Assembly: GCA_029879765.1 (NCBI GenBank)
Contig: JAOUPQ010000003.1
Location: 1-37,456 of the forward strand
Origin: Nitrospinota bacterium
Lineage (GTDB): Bacteria > Nitrospinota_A > UBA7883
Direction: 5' to 3'
Length of the DNA: 37,456 nt
The translations under genes were made by a program, and so were the position numbers. How positions within the stretch are numbered: the stretch's first letter is position 1; the number at the start of each line of letters is the position of its first letter. This document shows positions 7,428 to 16,299 of the stretch, one piece after another. The notes below the pieces were generated by a model. That model did no database searches, had not been told where the DNA came from, and saw only the letters and a list, made by a program, of their open reading frames with translations.

Positions 7428-7580
7428 GGCGGATCTGACTGTTCGCCACTCTGCATGACGACGGCTGGCGCCTTTGGGCGAGGCCATCGGGCGTGGAAAG
7501 GCGGTAGAATGAAGGATCGCGGGGCGTTGGCGGTGGATGGACTGGTTTCATTCACGCCAGCGCCCTGTTTATTTTTCGGG

Positions 7581-7609
7581 CAGCCACCTCTGGAAAAAGT
7601 GAGTGGCTG
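7581..7609. terminator. Hairpin between convergent genes, possible terminator
   Basis: CAGCCAC...GTGGCTG inverted repeat followed by ATTTT, between stops at 7427 (+) and 7630 (-). Confidence 0.3.
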
Positions 7610-7629
7610 ATTTTCTGGTGAATTGAGCT

Positions 7630-8574
7630 TTAATATCTCCGCCAGCTCATGGGAACGCTGTTTTGCGCCGCATAGCTATCCAGCTTGCTCAACAGCCGGT
7701 CCGCTTCCCGGTGTTGATCCTCTGCAAAGCTGGCTCCCTCGCTCCCCCTGGAACCAGAGGATTTAAGCTGTTCGGAGTATTGCTTCCATCCGGTTCTCAT
7801 CCGGGAAAATTCATAGAACCACGAACGCCACCATGTTTCATCATGGCCGCCAGGTCTGCTTTGGGATTTGGGAAGCTCCTGGAAAATCAACAGATGGCGC
7901 TGGTTGTCCAGGGACATTTTATAGTTGGCCATGAAATCCATCCCCACCAGCCCCTCGAATGCTCTGGACATGGATTTGGACGTCACCTGCACCGGCACAA
8001 ATTCCACCGATCCCTCCCCCACCTCTATTTTGTCGATAATAGTGAGGATGGCCGGGATGCTTCCGCCGATTCCCCCAGAGCGAATCTTAAGCTTGCCTGT
8101 GTCGTTGTCGAAAACACCGATTTTTCTGGCGAGCTTTTCGGTGATAAGGACTCCTGGCGCCCCGGTGTCCAGCAGCATGGGCGCCGTCACAGAGCCGTTG
8201 AACCTGACGTTTACTATGATCCTTCGGGCCGTTCCCTCAAACGCCCGGTAGGGCACCACGAAGCTTTTCAGTGTCCCGGGCGCTTGGCCGCTTCCCCCTC
8301 CAAACTCCTGACTATCATTGTTCTTCCAGGGCGGCGTCCAGGGAGTGGAGCTCTTTTGCTGTTCCTTGATTTTATACTCCTTGCGCTCAATCTTCTCCCG
8401 ATACTCCACAGGAACTTCCCCCTCCGAGTCGGAATAATGCACATTCCCCTCTTTATCTTTCCATTTTATGACTTCCCCAGCAGATCCCAGGTTTGTGGCC
8501 CACAGCCCCATGGCCAGACCCATCAATGCTGACAGAAGAAGAAAGTCGATCTGTTTCCTTTGCAAAAGCTTCAT
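7630..8574 (-). CDS. Exported retropepsin-like aspartyl protease with N-terminal DUF4124-like domain
   Basis: Signal-like N-terminus, IKWKDKEGNVHYSD (DUF4124-like), catalytic MLLDTGA and C-lobe GLVGMDF. Confidence 0.82.
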   Translation of the reverse strand: MKLLQRKQIDFLLLSALMGLAMGLWATNLGSAGEVIKWKDKEGNVHYSDSEGEVPVEYREKIERKEYKIKEQQKSSTPWTPPWKNNDSQEFGGGSGQAPGTLKSFVVPYRAFEGTARRIIVNVRFNGSVTAPMLLDTGAPGVLITEKLARKIGVFDNDTGKLKIRSGGIGGSIPAILTIIDKIEVGEGSVEFVPVQVTSKSMSRAFEGLVGMDFMANYKMSLDNQRHLLIFQELPKSQSRPGGHDETWWRSWFYEFSRMRTGWKQYSEQLKSSGSRGSEGASFAEDQHREADRLLSKLDSYAAQNSVPMSWRRY

Positions 8575-8748
8575 TTGAACCTACGGCGGAAAATTGGAAA
8601 AACAACGCGCGGACATGTAAAAGCAAATCATGCGCTACTCTGATTATATATTATAGGGCGCCAGGCCATGAAGCGCCACCCCGGGCCATCGGGAGCCCCC
8701 GCTCCAGGCTTTCCCGGGGGAAGGGGAGGGAAAGGAGGGCTGCGGGGA

Positions 8749-9405
8749 TCAGCCGGGTTTTCGCATCCGCGCCGCCAGGTTGAATATTCCTGCTCGTCCC
8801 AGGCTCTCCAGCCGCAGCCCCGCCGAAGAGGCCATGGAAGCCAGATCCTCCTCCCCGAACAGGTGGATGTCAAACCCATGCCTTCCGTGCCACCACCGGT
8901 AGAGTTTGCCCGGAGCGCTGTTCGTCGGGGCCAGCAGGGTCAATTGCCCCCCTGGCCGCAGCACTCGCGCCGCCTCCAGGAAAAACAGGGGGGGCGACTC
9001 CATGAACTCCAATGCGCCCGCGCAGAGCACGACGTCGAAAACCGGCTTGAAAGGCAGAGACTGGGAGTCCGCCACCAGCGCGTCCATCCCCTCGTCCCTG
9101 GCCCTGACCACCATGGAAAAAAGCGCGTCCAGCGCCACATAGGCTTTCGGCTTTTGCAAAGCCAGCCGTTTGGCATACCATCCCGCGCCACACCCTGCGT
9201 CCAGGATAACCAGCCCCGTTATGGAGCCGAGTTGGCTGGCCACAGCATTGTACTCGGCGTTTTTCAGCCACGCCCAGGCGCCCTTCTCGCTGTTCTCTCC
9301 ATACTCCTTGGCCGCAGCGTCGAAGTAGCTGTTCACTGCCCCCCTGCGGATGCTGTCTCCGGGGATGGGGTCTTCTGGTCCGCTCTGGGAAAATGGCTCG
9401 TTCAT
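8749..9405 (-). CDS. Class I SAM-dependent methyltransferase
   Basis: ILDAGCGAG motif I, LPF...FDVV and EAARVLRPGG. Confidence 0.88.
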   Translation of the reverse strand: MNEPFSQSGPEDPIPGDSIRRGAVNSYFDAAAKEYGENSEKGAWAWLKNAEYNAVASQLGSITGLVILDAGCGAGWYAKRLALQKPKAYVALDALFSMVVRARDEGMDALVADSQSLPFKPVFDVVLCAGALEFMESPPLFFLEAARVLRPGGQLTLLAPTNSAPGKLYRWWHGRHGFDIHLFGEEDLASMASSAGLRLESLGRAGIFNLAARMRKPG

Positions 9406-9511
9406 CTGGATATTCTGTTTTGATTAGAGGCGAAAGTTAACATGTCGGATCAAGTATAGCAGAAACCATGGGGGGAGCCGGAGCTTGCGCAAGAGAAGGC
9501 CGCCGGGCCGG

Positions 9512-10036
9512 TCAGTTGAGTTTTTCCCCTGTGAATCCGGAAGTTCCGCTGCACTCCGTGTTGTAATTGAGCAAGGTGATTTCCACAATATAGGCCCCCG
9601 CCACTCCCTTGTCGGTGAATTTCCCCTCAAACCTCTGGTGGATATCCACCGGCCCGGCGTCTCCGGCGTTGGGCCAGTGATCATAGCTCTCGGCGAAAAA
9701 TGTTCCATCTTCGGCCACAGTGCCGTTCATGTTGGTCGAATCGCCCTGGGCGCCGGCCTGGGCCGCCTGGCGCATGTTGATCAGATTCCAGTTGAAATCG
9801 ATGGAGTGCAGCAGAATATTTTCCCCATCCTGGGTGACTTCCACCCTGAATTCCTGACTGGGGAGCGGAGTCATCGACATGGCCAAACCGGTGGTTTTTT
9901 CCTGACACCGCAGATTAACCGGGTCGGTGATGATCAGGTATGTTCCACCGAAGTTGATGGTGGTGCTGGAGCTTCCCTCGATACATCCGGAGGCGAACAA
10001 GGCAAAGGATAAAAACAGGGGGGCCAAGGCCTTCAT
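9512..10036 (-). CDS. Hypothetical lipoprotein
   Basis: MKALAPLFLSFALFASGC lipobox; start could instead be 10051; no recognisable domain. Confidence 0.7.
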   Translation of the reverse strand: MKALAPLFLSFALFASGCIEGSSSTTINFGGTYLIITDPVNLRCQEKTTGLAMSMTPLPSQEFRVEVTQDGENILLHSIDFNWNLINMRQAAQAGAQGDSTNMNGTVAEDGTFFAESYDHWPNAGDAGPVDIHQRFEGKFTDKGVAGAYIVEITLLNYNTECSGTSGFTGEKLN

Positions 10037-10134
10037 GGGAAAAAAATTCATAGCGATACTCCATGCATACAATACAACCAGGCGTATAACATCCTGCGTC
10101 CAATATACTCCAACCGGTACTGCCGGTCAAAATG

Positions 10135-11157
10135 TTAACAGATGCGGGGCAATATTTCCCCATGGGGCATGTTGATCATCCTCTCCCCCCCCACCACGGA
10201 GGCGCTGGACACCCTTCCTGCCCGGCCTTCTTCCACGCGCCCTATGACCGCGGAGAGCTTTCCCAGGGGGTGGGCGCGCATTATGGCCAGGGCCTTTTCC
10301 ACATCCTTTTCGGGGGTAACCACCACCATCTTCCCCTCGTTGGCCACCACCATCGGATCCAGCCCCAACAGCTCGCACGCTCCGGCCACCGCCGTGGCCA
10401 TGGGGATGGCGCGCTCGTCCAGACGGATGGCCACGCCGGAGTCCGCAGCGATCTCGCATATGGTGGTGGCAAGCCCGCCCCGGGTGGGGTCGCGCATCAC
10501 ATGAGCGTCAACTCCCCCATCCAGCAGCGCCCGCGCCAGGGTGTGCAGCGCCGCGGTGTCGCTTTGTATCGGGGACTGAAAGCGCAATCCCTCCCGCTCG
10601 GACATCACGGCGATCCCATGGTCGCCAATGGTTCCGTTGATTATCACCACGTCTCCCGGACGCGCGCCAGAGGCGTGGATCTGCACCCCATCCGGGCGGT
10701 ATCCCACGCCGGAGGTGTTTATGAATATGCCGTCCGCCTTGCCGTGGGGGACCACTTTTGTGTCTCCACAAACGATCGGCACACCCGACGCTCTGGCCGC
10801 TTGGCCCATGGACCGCATCACCGTCCGCAGGTCCGCCAGCGGGAAGCCTTCTTCCAGGATCAGCCCGACGCTGAGGGCCACAGGAATGGCGCCGCTCATG
10901 GCCAGGTCGTTTATGGTGCCATTGAACGCCAGGTCGCCGATATTCCCCCCCGGAAAGGCCCAGGGGGAGACCACATAGCTGTCGGTCGTGAAGCTAAGCC
11001 AGGCGCCCGGTATGGTGAGAAGCGCGGAATCCTCCATGGGTGGCGCCCCATCGGCGCCATAGAGGGCGGGGACTATTGTCTTGCTGATCAGGTCATGAGT
11101 CAGCTTCCCCCCGGAGCCGTGGCCCAGAGAGACCAGATCCGCCCTGCTACTCACCAT
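10135..11157 (-). CDS. hypE: Hydrogenase maturation carbamoyl dehydratase HypE
   Basis: LGHGSGG, FTTDSYVV, FPGGNIG, GDTKVV, MRDPTRGG, ANEG and the diagnostic C-terminal PRIC. Confidence 0.96.
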   Translation of the reverse strand: MVSSRADLVSLGHGSGGKLTHDLISKTIVPALYGADGAPPMEDSALLTIPGAWLSFTTDSYVVSPWAFPGGNIGDLAFNGTINDLAMSGAIPVALSVGLILEEGFPLADLRTVMRSMGQAARASGVPIVCGDTKVVPHGKADGIFINTSGVGYRPDGVQIHASGARPGDVVIINGTIGDHGIAVMSEREGLRFQSPIQSDTAALHTLARALLDGGVDAHVMRDPTRGGLATTICEIAADSGVAIRLDERAIPMATAVAGACELLGLDPMVVANEGKMVVVTPEKDVEKALAIMRAHPLGKLSAVIGRVEEGRAGRVSSASVVGGERMINMPHGEILPRIC

Positions 11158-12244
11158 ACCCTCCATATCTGTACGCCGCCGCGCAGGTGCCTTCCGAAGA
11201 GACCATGCAGGCCCCGATAGGATTGTCCGGCGTGCAGGCGGAGCCGAAGAGCCTGCACTCCGGAGGATCGTTGAGTCCCTTCAGTATCCGGCCGCAGATG
11301 CAGGCAGGGTTCTCCTTCGGCTCCGGCAGGGTGACGCCGAACTTTTTTGACGCGTCGAACTTATCGAACTCCTCGGAAATGGCCAGTCCGCTGTCCGGTA
11401 TCGTCCCCAGTCCACGCCACACCGCGTCGGACTTCACAAACACCTGCCGCAGTATCTGCTGGGCCTTCTTGTTCCCCTCCGGTTTCACTACACGGTAATA
11501 CTCGTTTTCCACCTCCGCCCGCCCTTCGGCAGCCTGGCGCGCCAGCATGGCCAGCCCCTTCAGGATATCCAGCGGCTCAAAACCGGTGACCACGCAGGGC
11601 ATGCTGAATTTCTTCGCCACTGGAATGTACGCGTCGGCGCCTATGATGGCGGAGACATGGGCGGGGCATATGTATCCGTCCAGTTTGATTTCGCCGGAAG
11701 TGAGAACCTCCATGGGCTCCGGCATGGTCTTGTGGGCGCACAGCACGGAGTAATTGGCGATTCCTTCCCGTCTGGCCTCCAGGATGGAACAGGCGATCAG
11801 CGGGGCGGTGGTCTCGAACCCCACACCGAGGAAAACCACTTCCTTTGCCGGATTCTCTTTGGCCAGCGCCACTGCGTCCAGCGGGGAGTAGACCACCCGG
11901 ATCTCTTTTCCCGAGCTGCGCTCTTTTTGCAGGGTGGAGCGGCTGCCGGGAACCCGGACCATATCCCCAAAGGTTGTGATGGCCACGTTGGGTTGGGCGG
12001 CGATCTCCACGGCGGTGTCTACATAATTTATCGGGGTGACGCACACGGGGCATCCCGGCCCGGAGACCAGTTTGATACTCTTTGGGATCATGGAGCGAAT
12101 ACCGTAGCGGTAAATCGCCATGGTGTGGGTGCCGCAAACCTCCATCAGGGTAATCTGGCGATCCAGCCCGGAGGCGGCTTTGCGGATATCATCCGCCAGC
12201 TTGTCGGCGGTTTCTTTGTCGCGGAATTCGTTTATGTATTTCAT
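11147..12244 (-). CDS. hypD: Hydrogenase maturation protein HypD
   Basis: MEVCGTHT, GPGCPVC, GFETT, PAHVS, C-terminal Cys cluster and GACMVSSEGTCAA. ATG 12244 overlaps the hypC stop (ATGA); the ORF-track start at 12469 is an over-extension. Confidence 0.96.
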   Translation of the reverse strand: MKYINEFRDKETADKLADDIRKAASGLDRQITLMEVCGTHTMAIYRYGIRSMIPKSIKLVSGPGCPVCVTPINYVDTAVEIAAQPNVAITTFGDMVRVPGSRSTLQKERSSGKEIRVVYSPLDAVALAKENPAKEVVFLGVGFETTAPLIACSILEARREGIANYSVLCAHKTMPEPMEVLTSGEIKLDGYICPAHVSAIIGADAYIPVAKKFSMPCVVTGFEPLDILKGLAMLARQAAEGRAEVENEYYRVVKPEGNKKAQQILRQVFVKSDAVWRGLGTIPDSGLAISEEFDKFDASKKFGVTLPEPKENPACICGRILKGLNDPPECRLFGSACTPDNPIGACMVSSEGTCAAAYRYGGYGE

Positions 12245-12471
12245 CCGTCTGGGTTTTCCGTGTCGAGTATGTCCCGCATAAGTCGTATGGTCTCCTCCGC
12301 CGCTTCGGGGTCCACCTTTTCGATGGCGAACCCGGCGTGGATCATCACATAATCGCCCACCTCTACACCGTCGAGCATCATCAGGCTGGCCTCCTTGCGC
12401 ACCCCGCCGATCTCCGCGACGCAACGGTATTCCGATATCTCCACCACTTTCATCGGCACAGCCACACACAT
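12241..12471 (-). CDS. hypC: Hydrogenase maturation chaperone HypC
   Basis: MCVAVP N-terminus and VGDYVMIHAGFAI. Confidence 0.96.
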   Translation of the reverse strand: MCVAVPMKVVEISEYRCVAEIGGVRKEASLMMLDGVEVGDYVMIHAGFAIEKVDPEAAEETIRLMRDILDTENPDG

Positions 12472-12475
12472 GGTT

Positions 12476-14764
12476 CTATTTCTCCTTTCCTGCCAGGATT
12501 CTTTGTCCGGCGATCAGCGCCTGGCCCAGGGCGATGCCTCCATCGTTGGGCGGGACGCGGCGGTGGCGGAAAACGGTGAAGCCATCTTCCCGCAGCCTCT
12601 GGCCCAGCCTGTCGCTCACATACCGGTTCTGGAACACTCCGCCGGACAAGAACACCCGGTCCAGGCCCGTCTGTTTTTTCAGTCGCATGGCCACGGTCGC
12701 GGCGCCCTGCACCACGGCCTGATGGAACCTGGCGGCGATGAATTCCGTGGGCTTTTCCCGGATCACGTCCTCCACCAAAGCCTGGAATACCGGATAAAAG
12801 TCTAGAATCGGCAAGCCGTCATTCTCCACGACGCCCATCGGGTAACCTTCCTCCACAGGATTTTCAAGCGCCATTTCCAGCTCCAGGGCCGCCTGCCCCT
12901 CGAATGTTATCTTGGAGCGAATGCCGACAAGAGCCGAGGCCGCGTCGAACATTCTTCCCATGCCGTGGGAGAGGGGGGAGTTGAGCCTGTTGGTGGCCAT
13001 TTTCAGAATATTATTTTTCGTGTCCTCACTCAGCTCAATCAGCCAGGAAAGGGGCATCCGGGGGATATTTGGCCCATATATCCCGCCCAGGATGGCCAGG
13101 GCCACTCGCCACGGCTCCTGGATCGCCTTGTCGCCTCCCGGAAGAGGAACGGGGCTGACAGAACCCATCCGCTGATATCCATTGATCCCCCCGACGAGGA
13201 ATTCACCTCCCCAGATTCCCCCATCCTCGCCATAGCCTGTGCCATCGAAAATGATTCCGATGGCCTCTCCCTCCTGGTGGGTTTCCGCCATCAAGGACAC
13301 CATATGGGCATGATGATGCTGCACCGCCACCGTGGGGGCCATCTTCTGCTCGCTGGCCCAGTGGGAGCTCATGTAATCTGGGTGCATGTCATGCGCCACC
13401 GCCTCCACCTCCTTGATGTCCAGAAGCCGCATGAACCTTTCGATGGTCTCGCCGAGAGCCTCATACACGCTCTTATGTTTCAGGTCACCAATATGCTGGC
13501 TCAAAAACGCCTTGGATCCCTTTATCAGGCAGAAGGTGTTTTTCAGGTCCCCCCCCACCGCCAGGATGGATGGATACTCCCTGTTCAACATGATCGGCAC
13601 CGGCGCGTATCCCCTGGAGCGGCGCAGCACCACGCTTCCATGGGACATGGGCCGCTCGATGGAGTCATCCTCCCGGGTGTGGATCTCCCGGTCGTGGGTC
13701 AGGAATGCGTCCGCCACTCCCCCAAGCTTCTCCAGCGCGTCCTCGTCCTTGAAGACTATCGGCTCATCGGAATTGTTGGCGCTGGTCATGATCATGGCGC
13801 CCAGGAACGCGTCGCTCATGATCAGGTGATGCAGGGGGGTGTATGGCAGCATGGCGCCGATGTACCGGTTGCGGGGCGAGGCTGATTTCATCAGACGGGA
13901 GTATTTCTTCTCCACCAGGATAATGGGCCGGCTGTGGGACTCCAGCAGCGATCGCACCGTGTCGTTTTCCATGATGAAAGGAATCAGCGCCCCGTAGCTG
14001 GGGAACATTACCGCGAACGGTTTTTCGTCGCGTTTCTTCAGCTCCCGGAGGCGATGCACCGCTTTTTCATCCAGCGCGTTTACAGCCAGGTGGTATCCCC
14101 CGATCCCTTTTATCGCCACCACGTGCCCCCTCTTTAGCTGAATCATTGTGGCCTCGAGAGGGTCGGTATAACTTGCTGGCTTGAAATTGGAGTCCCGATA
14201 GGTGAGCCTGGGGCCGCAGGAGTGGCAACCTATCGGTTGGGCATGGAACCGGCGGTTCTGGGGGCTTTCATACTCCGCTCGGCATTCGGAGCACATGCTG
14301 AACCTGCCCATGGTGGTGTTGGGCCTGTCATAGGGGATGTCTGTAATGATGGAGTAACGGGGGCCGCAATCGGTGCAGCTGATGAATGGATAGCGGTATC
14401 TCCGGTTTTGCGGATCGAAAAGCTCCCGTATGCATTGCTTGCAGACGTCAGAATCCGGCGCTATAAGCGCGGATTTCTCCCCTTCGCCCATGCTCTTTTC
14501 GATGCTGAACCCGCGAGTGGATTTTAATTCAATGGATACTTCTTCCAGCTTGATAATATGGGCCATGGGCGGGGCCTCGTTCATAACTCTCTGCGCGAAG
14601 GCATCAACCGATTTTTCCGGGCCCTGGATCTCTATCTCCACCCCTTTGCCATGGTTTAGCACATGACCGGCAAGGTTCATGTAGTTGGCCAGGTTATATA
14701 CAAAAGGGCGGAATCCCACTCCCTGGACGATTCCCTCGATCTTGATCAGGGTTCGTTTCATCAT
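12476..14764 (-). CDS. hypF: Carbamoyltransferase HypF
   Basis: GIVQGVGFRPF acylphosphatase domain, two pairs of CxxC zinc fingers, KGIGGYHL, HHHAH and PPNDGGIALGQ; GGAG RBS before ATG 14764/14761. Confidence 0.96.
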   Translation of the reverse strand: MMKRTLIKIEGIVQGVGFRPFVYNLANYMNLAGHVLNHGKGVEIEIQGPEKSVDAFAQRVMNEAPPMAHIIKLEEVSIELKSTRGFSIEKSMGEGEKSALIAPDSDVCKQCIRELFDPQNRRYRYPFISCTDCGPRYSIITDIPYDRPNTTMGRFSMCSECRAEYESPQNRRFHAQPIGCHSCGPRLTYRDSNFKPASYTDPLEATMIQLKRGHVVAIKGIGGYHLAVNALDEKAVHRLRELKKRDEKPFAVMFPSYGALIPFIMENDTVRSLLESHSRPIILVEKKYSRLMKSASPRNRYIGAMLPYTPLHHLIMSDAFLGAMIMTSANNSDEPIVFKDEDALEKLGGVADAFLTHDREIHTREDDSIERPMSHGSVVLRRSRGYAPVPIMLNREYPSILAVGGDLKNTFCLIKGSKAFLSQHIGDLKHKSVYEALGETIERFMRLLDIKEVEAVAHDMHPDYMSSHWASEQKMAPTVAVQHHHAHMVSLMAETHQEGEAIGIIFDGTGYGEDGGIWGGEFLVGGINGYQRMGSVSPVPLPGGDKAIQEPWRVALAILGGIYGPNIPRMPLSWLIELSEDTKNNILKMATNRLNSPLSHGMGRMFDAASALVGIRSKITFEGQAALELEMALENPVEEGYPMGVVENDGLPILDFYPVFQALVEDVIREKPTEFIAARFHQAVVQGAATVAMRLKKQTGLDRVFLSGGVFQNRYVSDRLGQRLREDGFTVFRHRRVPPNDGGIALGQALIAGQRILAGKEK

Positions 14765-14771
14765 TTCTCCC

Positions 14772-15434
14772 TTAACGCTCCTGGAGCAGGGAAAGCAGAA
14801 AGTCGTACCAGTCATCCATGCCATCGCCGGTTTTGGCGGAGACGTGGAACACTTTCAATGACTGGTTCACCTTCATGGAGTAATCCAGAAGCCGACCCAT
14901 GTCCAGATCCAGGTGGGGCAGCAGATCGGTCTTGGTGATGATCATGGCCGACGATGAGCGGAACGCTTTGGGGTACTTCACCGGTTTGTCCTCCCCCTCG
15001 GTGACGGAGACCAGGGCCACTTTCATCTCCTCGCCCAGGTCATAGGAAGCCGGGCAAACCAGGTTGCCCACGTTTTCGATGAACAGAAAACCGGGACCCG
15101 CAAAGCCCAGCTTCTCCAGCGCTTCCTCCACCATGGCCGCGTCCAGATGGCAGGCGGACTGGGTGTTGATCTGTATTACAGGGGCCCCCGTGGCGGCGAT
15201 CTTTCTGGCGTCGTTGTCGGTCTGTTGATCCCCCTCCAGCACCGCGATGGGAACCCTCGATTTAAGATCCTCGATAGTCTTCACCAGCATGGTGGTCTTG
15301 CCGGAACCTGGGGAGCTGATGAAATTGATGGCCACTATCCCCCTCTGCCGCAGCTTCTCTCTTATGCCTGCGGCTATCTGGTCGTTCTTCGACAGAACGT
15401 CCTTTTTGACATCAATTATCCTCACCCCGATCAC
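14772..15434 (-). CDS. hypB: Hydrogenase nickel-insertion GTPase HypB (short form, no His-rich N-terminus)
   Basis: SSPGSGKTT, CHLDA, ENVGNLVCPA, EGEDKPVKYP and TKTD. Confidence 0.96.
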   Translation of the reverse strand: MIGVRIIDVKKDVLSKNDQIAAGIREKLRQRGIVAINFISSPGSGKTTMLVKTIEDLKSRVPIAVLEGDQQTDNDARKIAATGAPVIQINTQSACHLDAAMVEEALEKLGFAGPGFLFIENVGNLVCPASYDLGEEMKVALVSVTEGEDKPVKYPKAFRSSSAMIITKTDLLPHLDLDMGRLLDYSMKVNQSLKVFHVSAKTGDGMDDWYDFLLSLLQER

Positions 15435-15772
15435 TCCACGGAAATGTTATCCACATACAATTCCTCCCCGCTGACTATCCTTCCCCCGAAGGCGCCGCAT
15501 TGGGGGCAGATGGCCAGAGGATTGTCCGGTTTAAACTCCCGGGCGCACTCCCCGCACACCGCCCTGGCTGCCACCCTCTCGATCACCAGCTCGCTTCCTT
15601 CCGCCGCCGTGCCCATGGCGCAGGCGGAGTAGCAGAATTCCACTGCCCCAGCCTCCACGCCAGAGAGCTCCCCAACGGTCACATTGACCTTCATCACCCT
15701 GGCGCCCCCCTCCTCATTTAGCCGGGACACGGCTATATCCACAATGCTCATGGCCACAGACATTTCGTGCAT
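15431..15772 (-). CDS. hypA: Hydrogenase nickel metallochaperone HypA
   Basis: MHE N-terminus at ATG 15772, CGEC and CPQC zinc site, GEEL. Confidence 0.95.
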   Translation of the reverse strand: MHEMSVAMSIVDIAVSRLNEEGGARVMKVNVTVGELSGVEAGAVEFCYSACAMGTAAEGSELVIERVAARAVCGECAREFKPDNPLAICPQCGAFGGRIVSGEELYVDNISVE

Positions 15773-15789
15773 GGCCTCGGCCGCGCCTT

Positions 15790-16299
15790 CTACCTGTCCA
15801 CCGTCACTTCCGCCGCCACCGGCGTCGCAAGCTTCATGGTGGAGGAAACGGGGCAATGGGCCGCCGCCAGGTCTATAAGCTCCCTGGTTTTAGCTTCATC
15901 GGCGGTGGTTTTGAGCCGGACTTTATACGACACATTCCGGAAACCCGGATTAACGTCCGCCACGTTGAACAACCCCCGCAGGTCGATATCTCCTGTCAGT
16001 TCCACATTCACCGCCTCCAGCTCGATATCCAGCATGGCGGCGTATTCCACGAACACCGCGCTGACACAGGATCCCAGCGCCATCAGCATCATCTCCATCG
16101 GGTTGGGGGCCTGGTCGTCCCCGCCGGAAGGAACCGGATAGTCCGACATGACAACATGGGTCCTGATACGGTTTTCGTTGAGCAGGCCGCCTTTCCATTC
16201 TGTGGACACACCAGGCCGATACACCGCGGCCTCAGGTTTTTTAACGAAGAGCGCCTTGCGGCTGGTCAGGATGTCTTTAAGAGGACGTCGCTCATTCAA
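15790..16299 (-). CDS. OsmC/Ohr-family redox protein
   Basis: DYP..GGDDQAPNPME..ALGSC and HCPVS two-Cys signature; TTG start with AGGAG RBS, overlapping the pepA end by 8 nt. Confidence 0.88.
   Translation of the reverse strand: MNERRPLKDILTSRKALFVKKPEAAVYRPGVSTEWKGGLLNENRIRTHVVMSDYPVPSGGDDQAPNPMEMMLMALGSCVSAVFVEYAAMLDIELEAVNVELTGDIDLRGLFNVADVNPGFRNVSYKVRLKTTADEAKTRELIDLAAAHCPVSSTMKLATPVAAEVTVDR

Noticed and set aside
10135-15772. Calling a hydrogenase, or a methanogenesis or Wood-Ljungdahl pathway, from this window
   Set aside because: Only maturation genes are present. No hydrogenase subunits, mcr, mtr, ftr or acs/cdh genes are visible, so pathway direction cannot be determined.
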